64,000 bases of DNA from assembly GCF_003918875.1 (NCBI RefSeq), contig NW_025767042.1, positions 372,001 to 436,000 of the forward strand. The letters are read 5' to 3'. Source of the stretch: Haliotis rubra. Lineage: Eukaryota. Below are positions 23,959-37,161 of the stretch, in pieces. The translations under genes were made by a program, and so were the position numbers. The notes under the pieces were generated by a model. The model made no database searches and was not told the origin of the DNA. It saw nothing but the letters and a program-made list of their open reading frames with translations. Each line of letters opens with the position of its first letter. The stretch's first letter is position 1.

Positions 23959-25109
23959 ATGTGAAAAGTGTCTGAACAGAATGTCACTTTAACATGAGTG
24001 AGTTTCAGCAATATGTCAGCAATATCATGGCAGCGGACACCAGAAATGTTCTTCCCAAATAGTACCCATGTGGAGAATCGAACCCAGGTCTTCGAGCAAA
24101 CGCTTTAACACTTAAACCACTAGGCTGCACTGCCAGGTGTACAACAACCTATCATCTGTCTGGCAAATACTTTATCCACTACACCTTGGTGTCAGTCCTC
24201 GTCAATATATATAGATATGTGAGTGAGTGAGTTCAGTTTTACGCCGCTTTTAACAATATTCCAGCTATATCAGGGTGGAGGACACCAGAAATGGGCTTCA
24301 CACATTGTACCCATGTGGGGAATCGAACCCGGGTCTTCGGCGTGACGAGTGAACGCTTTAACCACTATGCTACCCCACCGCCCCTAAAGATATGTGAACT
24401 AGGATGAACTGGACTTACTTCACTGACACAAAATTTTACTAGACTCAGGCTTCAAACCAGCGGCTAAATTCCAAGAATACATTCTAAGTTTTGCCAGCAT
24501 GATAATTCTGGAACAGTGCTAAAATATCACAAATTTCTCATGCACTGTAATGCGGAATCAAGACAAGACAGTTGAGATGTTTAATGATTTACTTGGTGTC
24601 TTGAATCTATATCTACAGCATATAAAAATAGTGGGTGCCACTGCCCATCTCACAGGGATATACAAGCTGATGGGAGCAGTATACACAGTCAGCATTTCAC
24701 GGACGCTGAAAACATAAAACCACATTGAAGTGTATTGGTGCTATAGTCTAAAAACAATTATCATCTGCGTAGATGGTATCATTACCATCAGTATTGTTAT
24801 CCGTGACATAATCATCAATATTGTTACTGAGGCCAAACCAATTTTATTTCTTGTTTTACGGATCCGCCTGTCATATTTTTTCAAGAATAAGAAAAAAAAT
24901 AAAAATTAATTTTCACCGCTCAAAAAATAAAATCCTAATGTTTTATTGGCCAAAAATGTAAACTTACAAGAAAATATTTTTAAGATTGTTTTTTGCCCCA
25001 TATACACTTCATAAATTGCCAAAAGTAAAATACTTTGATTATTTAGAAGGAATATTACTTTGACTGGTGATTTTACTTGTATATTTTCCCTCCTGACTTT
25101 AGGTTTTCA

Positions 25110-25435
25110 GAGTATTGTTACCCATACTGTGACATAATCATCAGTATTGTTACTTATACTGTGATGTCATAATCAGTATTGTTACCCATACTGTGACATA
25201 ATCATCAGTATTGTTACTTATACTGTGATATCATAATCAGTATTGTTACCCATACTGTGACATAATCATCAGTATTGTTACTTATACCCATACTGTGACA
25301 TAATCATCAGTATTGTTACTTATACTGTGATATCATAATCAGTATTGTTACCCATACTGTGACATAATCATCAGTATTGTTACTTATACTGTGATATCAT
25401 AACCATCAGAATTGTTACTCATTTTGTGATATCAT
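25110..25435. repeat. ~32-bp minisatellite with alternating dimer structure; related units at 24780-24830
   Basis: cagtattgttacccatactgtgacataatcat alternates with cagtattgttacttatactgtgatatcataat. Confidence 0.9.
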
Positions 25436-25998
25436 CTTGTTTAACTGTGACCCTAGTGGGACTTACTTTATTCACACATTGGATATACTTCATACAAACA
25501 CGTATATATGCATGATTTACTAAAATCTTTGGTAAAATTTTAGTCAAATATTTTCAATCGTCCTTTTCCAATTTTTTTAGTTGTCAAACTATCAGTGATA
25601 AGATGAAAGTATCTTCTACACAGATCCATCATCTACAAAGATGATAAAATGTTTTTAGACCAAGCCACCAAAACACTTCGATACACAAAGCTGGTCCCTC
25701 AATATCAGATATTCTGGTCCTTATTTAACACAGATGCATATGACGTAGGCAGGCCACAGATCAAAGCTTGCCGAACACAACATTACAGTCATCAATAAAA
25801 GTATGATTATTTAATTTAACACTTAGTTTTGGTTAACACAAATATATTTAAAAAGATGGATCTCCTTGTTAAAAGATATTTATTGCCTTGCCATTTTGTA
25901 AACTGAATTGTCTGTCATTAAATTTCAGGTTTTCATATGTTGCTCAAATTTTGATAAGGATATTGAGATATTTCATAGAGTTAATTCATTTCATAGAG

Positions 25999-26338
25999 GA
26001 GGTGAGGTGAGGTGAAATTGGGTTTTACGTTGTGCTTGAGAATATTTCGTTCATATGACGACGTGCATGCGTGTGTATGTGTATGTGCAGCTGCTTGTAC
26101 TAGCCCAGACTTAAGCTGGTTTTATAGTGCTAGCCAGTGAAGCATTAATACCCCACTCAGACACATTATACTGACTCCGAGCCGACCAGTCCTTGTTGTA
26201 CCCATTAATGCTGAGTGCCAGGCAGGGACCAACAAGTACCATATTTTAACGTCTTTTGGTATGACGCGGTCGGGGTTCGAACCCACGACCTTCCGCTCTC
26301 CGGGCTGACGCTCTAACCAATACACCATGGAGGCGGTC
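25999..26338 (-). mobile_element. Family C SINE, full length
   Basis: TSD tcatttca(t/g)agag. Confidence 0.88.
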
Positions 26339-27790
26339 TCATTTCAGAGAGCATATCATGTTGAGAATTTTCATACCGTTAGAGTGAGTTGGGTTTTACG
26401 CCGCTTTTAGCAATATCACGGCAGGGGACACCAGGAATGGGCTTCACACACTGTACCCATGCAGGGAATCGAACCAGGCCTTCAGCATGACGAGCAAATG
26501 CATTAACCACTAGGCCACCTTACCACCCCTCATACTGTTAGAAAACTTAATACAGCAGTTATTGGAATGTTACATAACTTGCTGATTACTTAATGTTTAC
26601 TGAAAATGAGTCCGTCCAAAGACAATATTCAATATTATTTCTATGACTTCTTCACCTATACAAAGTCTTTGCCTGTATACTCAGGATATCCCAATTCAAA
26701 TTTGAGCAGCATATTTTAAGTTCACAAACATAATCAATTCAATATCATCACAGGAATGTTTCTCTGAGTCAAGGGCTATTGCCATGATCCGATGTTGAGT
26801 GAGTTTGGTGTAACAAGGCTTTCAACATTTACATAACTTGAATTGCAAGGTTTCGGATTTAATTAGAGGGGGGACGAAAAGTGATGTAGATTGTTGACAC
26901 TTGCAACTTTGGTGACTCCTACTTCCAACAGTTTAACATCTAAACCTATCCTCAACCATTCAGTGCATTACAGTTAAATTTTACAATAGTGAGTGAGGGT
27001 GAGTTTTTATGTCACATTTAGCAATATTCCAGCAATATTCCAGCAATATCATAGCTGGAGACACCCGAAATGAGTCATCACATTATACCCATGTTCGGAA
27101 TCAAACCCGAGTCTTTAGCATGATGAGTGAAATCTTAACTACTGGGCTACGTACCCAATTTGTTTTATAAATAACCTTGGCCCATTAGCCACCATAGTTT
27201 TAGCTTGGACATACCATTCAATATTTCTCTCCCTCTTGAGAGTAATTTGACCAGATAGTAGATTTCAGTGACATGCTTTCACAAGCTCAAAACAGGGGGT
27301 GGGGTAGCCTTGTGGTTAAAGCGTCTGTTCGTCACGCCGAAGACACGGGTTCGATTCCCCACATGGGTACAATGTGTGAAGCCCATTTCTGGTGTTCCCT
27401 GCTGTGATATTGCTGGAATATTGCTAAAAGTGGCATAAAACCATAATCACTCAGTCAAGTTCAAACCTAAGCAATGGTATCCAATAGGTCCAGGGTATTT
27501 ATCACAACTGAAACTATAATTCCCTGGATCGTTGAGGATGATCCAAGACTGTGTCCAGTCTGCTGGTGTTTGATGCTACATGTATAATCCTGCACAACAA
27601 GCCTGCACAACAAGTCTGCAGTAAGGCACTCAATCAGGCTGCAGCACATATCACACATCTAGAATATACAACACTTACAAACCCATGAAGTCCACAGGGG
27701 ACAGCCATTAATTTTCACGGTTGTGCCTGGCATCAGTTTTGTAGGCTTATCCACAATATTCTTGATACATGCAACTTTTAAACCAAACAG

Positions 27791-27792
27791 AT

Positions 27793-27842
<50 letters not shown>
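27791..27842. repeat. (ATTT)n microsatellite
   Basis: Directly visible. Confidence 0.95.
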
Positions 27843-27845
<3 letters not shown>

Positions 27846-28325
27846 CCCATTATCCGAATGGCTATTGCCCTTTATATAAATGACATAATTCAAATATAAC
27901 ACAAACTGACAAATTCATGACATGTCTACAATGGTCACTCTCCCAGAGAGATGTGGACACAAAGCCTCACTTGTGAGGGTTTACAATGGAGGGTGCCAGT
28001 ACTGCCAGGGTCTGTTTCACGAAGCAAACGTTGTACTCCCACTGTTTAACATACACATAAGATATAGTATAATTCTACAATCATTTCATGAAACATGACC
28101 CTTGATCATAAAAAAATATCAGCTGCCCTCTACCATCTCATCCAAATCACACAATTATTAATATCGGTCAAACATAACCATAAGATATACACAATGCTAA
28201 AATTCTTTCATGAAACATGGTTCTGAATCGAAAAACAAGCTGCCATCTTAAATCTCATAAATATAAAACATTTATCAATATTTTGTCATATATATTTATA
28301 TTACCATATTAAAGCAAAATATATG

Positions 28326-28660
28326 CAGTGAAGCCATGTCAATCCAGACCTCAGGGTCTTTGAAGTTCATTTAGAAGTGCTGAACATGAATCAAAGATTT
28401 CTTGGATATCAGCTCCTATATTTTGAACCACAACGTTCTTACTCCATCTTGAAATAACTCCGAAACACTGTGTTACAAAATATAGAAGTTGATATTAAAA
28501 AGTCGTTGACTCATGGACATTCCAAATCCGGCATTATCAACATCGAACGCAACATATGATCAAAGGGACATAACTCTAAACCAAGATTCTATCACAAGGG
28601 AGCCTAAATATTAAGGCAACTTTCTGTAAACACAACTGTCCAACTTTACATCGTTTCACT
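28326..28660. mobile_element. Tc1/mariner (Tigger-like) MITE
   Basis: atatg-cagtgaagc ... gtttcactg-catat inverted ends. Confidence 0.45.
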
Positions 28661-29215
28661 GCATATTTCTCTTCACCATGTGGAACATTCCTAACATGAT
28701 CTGTGAAGCTGTTTGATTTTTATTTTGTCAAAATACTGGTCATATTTATCAGGTTCCACACAGAGCAAAAACAACTTTGATGAAGGTGAGTAAAGTACAA
28801 AAAACGTGCTACCAATTAATCGCGAAAAGAAATATTCCCTGAAGCTTCAGTTTGATATTATGCAGTGATAGGTCCCCCGTGATATCAGCAGAAAATCATT
28901 GCTTTTAAGAGAGAAAAGACTTGTAGCCAAACAGTGGACACAGACCTGTTCAAACACATAACATACGGGATCTCTCTCTCATGTGTGTGTGTGTGAGCAT
29001 GTGCGTGTGCGTGGCGTGCCTGTTCCCCACTCACTTTGTTCTGGGGAGGTAGGGGTGGTCATCAATTTTATACACATGTAATGGGGGGGGGGGGGTTGTC
29101 AATCACATTGTACATGCTTCTCCATAAAAGTCTTCATCTGACTGGTATTTTGTTGAACTTACATTTAATGAGAGAATTTCTATCTAATCTCTCTGTACGA
29201 ATACACACATATTTT

Positions 29216-29417
29216 CTTTGAGTGGCATATTTAGAAGTTGGTGAATCAGATAAGGACAAACTTTATGGATGAACAACTTCTTTATTCGGGTGATGCGACG
29301 TTTCGATACCTAACTCATACTTGCTTGACAACGATACAACAATCTGTATCAAAATGTCGCATTACCCGAATAAAGAAGTTGTTCATCCATAAAGTTTGTC
29401 CTTATCTGATTCACCAA
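29216..29417. mobile_element. Penelope-like palindromic remnant with hammerhead motif
   Basis: ttggtgaatcagataaggacaaactttatggatgaacaacttctttattcggg is inverted at 29365-29417; TGC-TTGACAA-C-GATACA/TGTATC core. Confidence 0.7.
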
Positions 29418-31513
29418 CCCATTGTCCTTATCTCAAACACGTATTTACTAAGTTATCAAATCAACACCAAGGAATTGGAATATGGAACTTCATATGCTTG
29501 TATCAAGCACACAAAGTCAAACTTGTTGCCATGGAAACAGAAAAAATATATGTTCTAAAAATCCCTAAATAGCAAAAGGCATCAGTTGTGTTTGGTAATT
29601 GTGTGCAGGAAAATCTATTGGTTCTAAAGTGAGTGAGTTAAATTCTTAAGTCGCATTGGCAGTGTTTCAGCTATGTTGTGACTGTGAGTGAGTGAGTTTG
29701 GTTTTACACCGCTTTTAGCCATGTGGGGAATCGAACCCGGGTCTTCGGCATGGCGAGCGAACACCTGAACCACTGGGCTACCCCACCGCCCCCATATTGT
29801 GACTGTGAAAAATATACATGTGTATATTGATAAAAACAATCTTAAATGACTTAGATACCTGTCAATATTAGGTTTAGAGAGATGGTCTGGACAAACATAC
29901 CACAATGAACACAGTCAAAATCAAACCAATGAAACAGGACTAAAATGTACCTATTAAAGATTAGTAATCTGCGAAGGCACCACTTCAGCCCCTGATGAAT
30001 GCATGTCCCAAGTTTTGATGAAAACTGTTTAATAGGACTGCACAGTTATACCGGTATACTACAATACCGTTACAAACGATACATATATAATGTTTTTTTC
30101 TGAAAACCAGTATATTGAGTAAAGAACACACATGAATTAAAATGTACACAGACTTTCATTCACAACAGATGTTTCCTTCGTTATTCAATGACAAACGGCA
30201 TTTTGAAATTCTATATATTTATGTAAAATAAAACTAGAATCCCTGACATAATATTGAGATGCAATCTAAGTTTGAGAATGCTGTTATCAGAACCATAACA
30301 TATACTTTTAGGGACTTATAATATTTGTGTAAAGAAAAAATATCGCCACAGTGTCACTCACAGAACCATCAAACATTTAGGGACTTATAAGGCCCAAATA
30401 TATTGCCCCAATATATTGTAATATGTATCGCTATACACGCAATATATTGCAATACGTATCGCTATACGGGTACCTGAATCGCAATATATTGCAATACAAT
30501 TTATTTGCCAATACACAGCCCTACTGTTGAATGAATAGTTTCTTACTTCTGCTCTGCAAAAGTCACCTACCTCCTTATCAGCTAAGTCTAGGGTGTTTAC
30601 ATACCAACAGGAAAATATACAAATGCAAAAGAATGTCTGCAAACAGCAATAAGTTCCACTTGAGGATCTGTTTGATGTATCTGCATGGTTTGTTGAAAGA
30701 TAAGGAATGGTTTTTGAGTTGTGCTCTAGATCAAACCTGTTGTATGAGGCTTACAAATTGTTTCCCTTGAAATCGAGAGCTGAAAACAACAATAACAAAA
30801 GCTACCGCTTCAGGATCTGTTTGATATATACTGAGGGAAACAAATAAGGGAACACCACTTCATGGCAGTGTTCCTTTATTTATTCTCAGATTTCCTCCCA
30901 CAGCACTATTAAAAGCTGGTGATGAAAACTGGAAAATATTAATGGAACACTTGAATTTTCCTGTGTTCCTTTATTTGCTTCTCTCAGTATATCTGCCAAC
31001 TTTGGTTGAAATATATTGAACAGTTTTTGAGTTGGGCTTTGGAAACGAAATTATGACAGACAGACAGACAGACAGACATTAACTTTATCCTCCACATTAC
31101 ATGCCAGGGAGAAAAGGGTATTCCAGTCAACAAACTCAAGATTCAGTTTTCTAGCTCACTCTATTGACTACTCTATCCGCTACACCTACACCCATGTTTA
31201 TCATGGTTACTGATGACTTTTCTGTACCATAAATTGAGACAAAAACCTCTGGCTACAGTAACCATGGTGACAACCTTCACCCTACAATATCATTGTTGCA
31301 TTACATATATAACACTGTCCTGAGGAATGAAAGTGAAGGATTGCACGAAGTGACTGACTGACTGACTGAGTTTGGTTTTATGCCGCTTTTAGCAATATTC
31401 CAGCAATATTCGGCTGGGGACACCAGAAATGGGCTTCACTCATTGTACCCATGTGGGGATTCGAACCCGGGTCTTCGGCGTGACGAGACAACGCTTTGCA
31501 CAAAGTGAGGGCT

Positions 31514-31610
31514 TGTTATGGAGAGGTTTATGTTATGGAGAGGTTTATGTTATGGAGAGGTTTATGTTATGGAGAGGTTTATGTTATGGAGAGGTTTATG
31601 TTATGGAGAG
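31514..31610. repeat. 17-bp minisatellite
   Basis: (tgttatggagaggttta)n. Confidence 0.92.
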
Positions 31611-32769
31611 TTCTGACTAATGAAACTCAACTGACTGGACGATACATCAGATGGATACAGACCATGAAAGGTAAATGACAGACCCCAGACTGTACATCAA
31701 AGATCACAGACCATGCTAAATGTGATTGTATAGACAATACATACAATTTCAAATATGCTCTCATATGATAGAATGTGATGTCTGATTGCAGAGTTGGTCC
31801 AAGAGCTATTACACAAGGTAAGTTGTTGTGAGTTTAGCTTTATGCCACTTTTAGCAATATTCCAGCAATATCAGGGGACACCAGAAATGGGCTTCACACA
31901 TTGTACCCATGTGGGAATCCAACCTGGGTCTTTGGCGAGACAAGCAAACCCTTTAACCACTAGGCTACCCCACCACCCACATGGTCAATAAGGTGTGATA
32001 TGTTTTCTGATAAAAGCTATAAATCTCAAACAATTTTAACCAAGTCTGTCACAAGCACTTTGATAAATGGTTTCAGTTGGATAGAATTCCAAACAGGTTC
32101 AAAATGTGCAAACCAGTATTTGTTTCATTTGTTAATTTTATTGTGATATCGTGCATTTTGTTTATGAAACTGTCAATTTGTGCAATGGGTTCAAATAGTT
32201 TATCAATAAAACTGACATAAAATATCTTTACTCCATTACTTGGCGCTTTAAGGTTTATTATAACAATGTCCAAAGACAACCCATGGTCTATACATCATAG
32301 CTCCTGGACTGTAACTCCTGGGCCATATCATTCTTTCCCACAGAGGTTTTAGCAATCTTCCAGCAACCTCTGTTCCATACAGCCATATGGGGACAATAGA
32401 GCGGCAAAAGATCGCAACACAATTATCTCCACTTTCTATACGTGTACATCGACTTAGATTTAACTCGGACTTACACAAGCAAATGTGAGGCCACAAATAT
32501 CCCCATCTGCCGGGAACTTGTGTTGATGTTACACACCACGTTTAATGGCTAGCTTGTCTGTTGTCAGCGAGGGCGATGGAGCGCCACTGATCCCGCCATA
32601 ACATGACTGTTTCAACTAGAACATCATTAAACAACTAAAGTGTAGGAAATACTTTATGGTTTGTCTATGCACAAGCTAGACCATACACAATAGCTCACCA
32701 AAGACAACCCATGGTCTATACATCATAGCCCCTGGACAATGTAGCTCCTGGGGCCATATATAACCAGTG

Positions 32770-33000
32770 TAACTCATGGACTGTCCATTGCTCACAGACA
32801 AGAAGATAGCTCATGGACAATTTATGATAGTTTATGGACAATATATGATAGCTTATGGTAGCTCATGGAAAATATATCATGGTTCGCATACGAAAACTAA
32901 TGGACAAATTATGATAGTTCAAGGACAATTTTTAATGGCTCATGGACATTTTAATATAGCGCATGGACAAAATATGATACCTGATGGACGATTTGCAATA
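32770..33000. repeat. Degenerate 21-bp tandem repeat
   Basis: gatagctcatggacaatttat variants. Confidence 0.7.
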
Positions 33001-33274
33001 CCAACACACAGCCTATGAAATTCATATTATAAAATTCTAAAATTTGCTGACTATCCAAACCCATATTTAATTCCCATGACGACATAAAACACCATAGACA
33101 CAAACAAGACACATAACATATAGGCCCATCAATCATTTCAGGAATTGTCTACATCTACCATGGTAACCCTCATTTACCCTCAAATATGCTTCTGTACACA
33201 GACATTCACATGGATCACCTAGATATGAATGATATCACACACTCACGAACACACCATCTCAGACAGATGCTTAC

Positions 33275-33665
33275 TTTCATACTGTCTGCATCAAGATCTC
33301 AGACAGTGCACCATACCCTGATATCTTTGATATGATATCACATGCTTACCATACCTGATATCTTTTATACATACTGTCTGCATCAAGATCTCAGACAGTG
33401 CACCATACCCTGATATCATTGATATCAGTGCATTCTGATACATTGTCTGCATCAAGGTCTCAGACAGTGCACCATACCCTGATATCATTGATATCAGATG
33501 CTATGTCTTATACTGTCTGCATCAAGATCTCAGACAGTGCACCATACCCGATATCATTGATATCACATCTCTTATACTGTCTGCATCAAGATCTCAGACA
33601 GTGCACCATACCCGATATCATTGATATCACATGCTTACTCTCATACGGTCTGCATTAAGATCTCA
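33275..33665. repeat. ~65-70-bp tandem repeat
   Basis: tactgtctgcatcaagatctcagacagtgcaccataccctgatatcattgatatca, about 6 copies. Confidence 0.9.
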
Positions 33666-34223
33666 GGGCAACTACATAAACCTTTGACTGCCAAATCTGA
33701 TGAATGATGCGTGGCCTTTTCAGCCAATCAGGTGGCAGCTTTCTAAAATGATTTGGCATCATTAACTTACAACATCAATACAGGAATTTCAATCTGGCAA
33801 AAGAAAATTACTACAGAAATACAAATATAACCTTGACATTATACCCTTTTGTGCGGAAGTGCTATAGTGCTCAGAAACAATGAATTGCACAAAATCTACA
33901 CAATAAAATGATGGCACGGTTTTACTTTTGTACATTTGGAACTCTCTGATTATGTTCGGTTTTTGAGATCAGAAATTGGATGTATCAGCCTAAATACTTA
34001 GCTCACTTGTGCCCAGATTTAGCGGACCTGCTTATAAGAAGTTCACCTGAAGCAACTTCTGACGCAGGTGTCCGTAGATCTTCATGCAGTAAGGTATTAA
34101 AATACAGCAAAAGAACTGCAGTGGTCAAGATTGATCAAATCTCTTCATTATCATTTCTTTCTGCCTGTTTGAGTGGTGATCCTTGAACAGTTCAAGTATA
34201 ATCATGTGACCTTAGAGTCAAGG

Positions 34224-34413
34224 TCAGCTTCTGGCAGCCTTGATGACCTTGCCTGGAGGATGATGGCGGTACATATACACTTGGACGAAGATGGACATGT
34301 CAATTGACACCTGAAGCATCCCACAGATCCAGAACTGGGCTGGGGATGACCTCAAGATGAAATAGATAGTTTTAAAGATGTCTCCCATTGTCCAGAAACC
34401 CACCATCTTCTTG
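34224..34413 (-). CDS. SLC66A2: PQLC1 last coding exon
   Basis: (S)KKMVGFWTMGDIFKTIYFILRSSPAQFWICGMLQVSIDMSIFVQVYMYRHHPPGKVIKAARS*. Acceptor ttgtttctttcag; phase matches the preceding exon. Confidence 0.93.
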
Positions 34414-35099
34414 CTGAAAGAAACAAACATTGGTCAGTCAGTGGTATGTGAGTGAGTGAGTTTAGTTTGACGCCGCACTCAACAATATTCCAGCTATATG
34501 GTGACGGTCTGTAAATAATCGAGTCTGACCCAGACAATCCAGTGATCAACAGCATGAGCATCGATCTATGCAAATTGGGTTACGAAGCCATGTGTCAGCC
34601 AAGTCAGCGAGCCTGACCACCTGATCACGTGACTCGCCTCTATACTAATGACCAGCATGGGTTACTGAAGATCAATTCTAACCGGGATCTTCACGGGTCG
34701 GTCAGTCAATAGATACTTTTTAGTACAACAAAATACAACTTGTTGTGTTTGTTGACAGTAATAACCTGTGTCTTTAGTGTTCAAAGTACATTTAACCAGC
34801 TTCACAGATAAAGAAATCAGAGATGAGATTGGGAGTGAGTGAGTGATGTCATGGTAACCAATAACATGACAACGGTCTGCAAAGCCAGGGAATATCACTT
34901 GTTTTCAACTAAGAGCTACCTCCTGTTGAAGTTCATCTAACAGCTTCAGAATTAGAGAGATCTGTGATGATTAGCAGACCACTATATCATATAGAAACAT
35001 ATGAAACACTTCAATTATAAAAGGCAAAATAAACAGATATTTTGCAAATGACCTTCACAGTGTCCTTGACCTGGAATAGTTAGAATAACCCCAACTCAC

Positions 35100-35316
35100 C
35101 TCATGCCTACTGTTGATTTATTCTGGTAGTTGCGGTAGAACTGCGGAGCCCCTAGCATGGCCTCAGCAAATACAGCCAGAAACCCGATGGTCTCGATGTA
35201 GATAGTAAAATCCAGCAAGACGTACGTGAGCATCCCTACAACCACCGTGAAGGTGGCCATGAACTCAACATAGCTCAGGAAGTCTGTCCACTTCCAGAAG
35301 TAGTCAAGATCAAAAT
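35100..35316 (-). CDS. SLC66A2: PQLC1 internal coding exon (second PQ loop)
   Basis: (D)FDLDYFWKWTDFLSYVEFMATFTVVVGMLTYVLLDFTIYIETIGFLAVFAEAMLGAPQFYRNYQNKSTVGM(S). Acceptor tctcttttcatcag, donor AG|gtgagt; 217 nt, phase 1 to 2. Confidence 0.93.
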
Positions 35317-36922
35317 CTGATGAAAAGAGAATGCATGACAAGTTTAAGGACTTAAAAATTCTAGGACAAATTCATTTCTAAATTCAATATTTTGGTATTT
35401 TTTGATAATGTGTGTATTTTCCCAGAGCATTTACAGTTTCACATAACAATACAACAGCTTGACCAAAGCTTGACAGTTTGACCAAAACTTATCAAAGAAA
35501 TCTCCATTACAACTAATGATGGAACTATACTTTGTCAACTAATAAAATAATTCAATACAATCAATGGTCAGGTTCATATTTAATCTACAGACTGGATACC
35601 ATGAGGTTAACAAGTTACAAAGCAAAAAGGAGTGCTTGACATTTTGGAAAACATACAGTGACAATCTTTTTGTTATTGCTATTATTTCAAAAAAACACTG
35701 TAAAAGTGAAGGTAAAGGTGACTGTTTTGAAAACAACTTCTACACCACAAAAAGGTCCTGTATTATTTACTTATATAAACAAAATCTGTAAAACAAAAAA
35801 CAAACCGGTCAGGCCCAATGTTTTGGGTTCAGAGTCAATGTCAGTTAAAATACAAAAACACCCACTATGAATGTATTCTTAATATTTTTGCATGTCGGTA
35901 TCATGATAATAAATATATTGCACCATATTTAATATGTTTTACACAAACAGATAATTTGTATTACATCTGATTTTAAACATGGGGATTTCGCAAATCTGAA
36001 AAATGAAGATAATCTAAAACATTTCATCTGAAAAAGAGCATTCATTGCATGCAGGAATTATGCAGGTGATACTGAACACAATGCAGACAATTTTCGACAC
36101 ACAAGCAGCGCTGTGTCTGACACATACAACACATGCACATAGCAACATTGTAAAATGAGGTGAATTGTATCCTGCAATCTGATTGGTTGAAAGTGTTGTT
36201 CAAAACAACTGGACTTTTCACAGTAGGATTATTTCTTTATTTAAAGGGTCTTTTTTCCCAACTGCATATTTGTAAGCCCACAAGGGATAAATTAAGAAAC
36301 TACTTTCCTCACAACTCAAAATAATCCTTGAGTAATAAAGAACCTGAATTAGATAAAAATATTTACAACAAAACTTATTGAATTATTAGAATATGTATCA
36401 CATTAACTATATATTAACATGATTATTGTGATCAATGTATATTCGAACAAATGTTTTGACTATTTTGACATTATTTTAAGCATGTTGGTTCACTGTACTG
36501 TAATGTCATAGCATCCCAACATGACATGACGTCTGTCTCCAAGATTTGTATTTGTCAATCTCAATAACTTCTACGTGTTTTTTAGATTTGTATTCTTAAG
36601 ATATTTTTAATTACATGTAATAATCTACATATTTTGATTGCATAGATGGGGGCATAACTGGCCTTGTCGTCTAAGGTGCTGTAATTTGCTAGCCAGAGTT
36701 GTGTCCCTTTGGCACATAAGAATGATGTGATCCTGGGTTTCCGTTCACCCTAAGCGAGTTTCTAGGTGTGTCAGTACTATACACAAGGGTACGGTGGGGT
36801 AGCCTAGTGGTTAAAGTATTCGCACGTCATGTCAAAGACCGGGTTCGATTTCCCACATGGGCACAATGTGTGAAGCCCATTTCTGATGTCCCCTGCCGTG
36901 ATATTGCTGGAATATTGCTAAA

Positions 36923-37161
36923 TGAGAGAGTGGGTTTAGTTTTACGCCGCACTCAGCAGTATGACGGCGGTCTGTAAATAATCGAGTCTGGACCGGACAA
37001 TCTAGTGATCAACAGCATGAGCATCGATCTGCGCAATTGAGAACCGATGACATGTGGCAACCAAGTCAGCAAGCCTGACCACCCGATCATGTTGTTAAGT
37101 TCGCCTGTTACGACAAGCATGGGTTACTGAAGGCTCATTCTAACCCGGACCTTCACGGGTC
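36923..37161 (-). mobile_element. Family B retroposon nested in the tail of a family A SINE
   Basis: TSD ggaatattgctaaa (36909-36922, 37162-37175). Confidence 0.88.
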
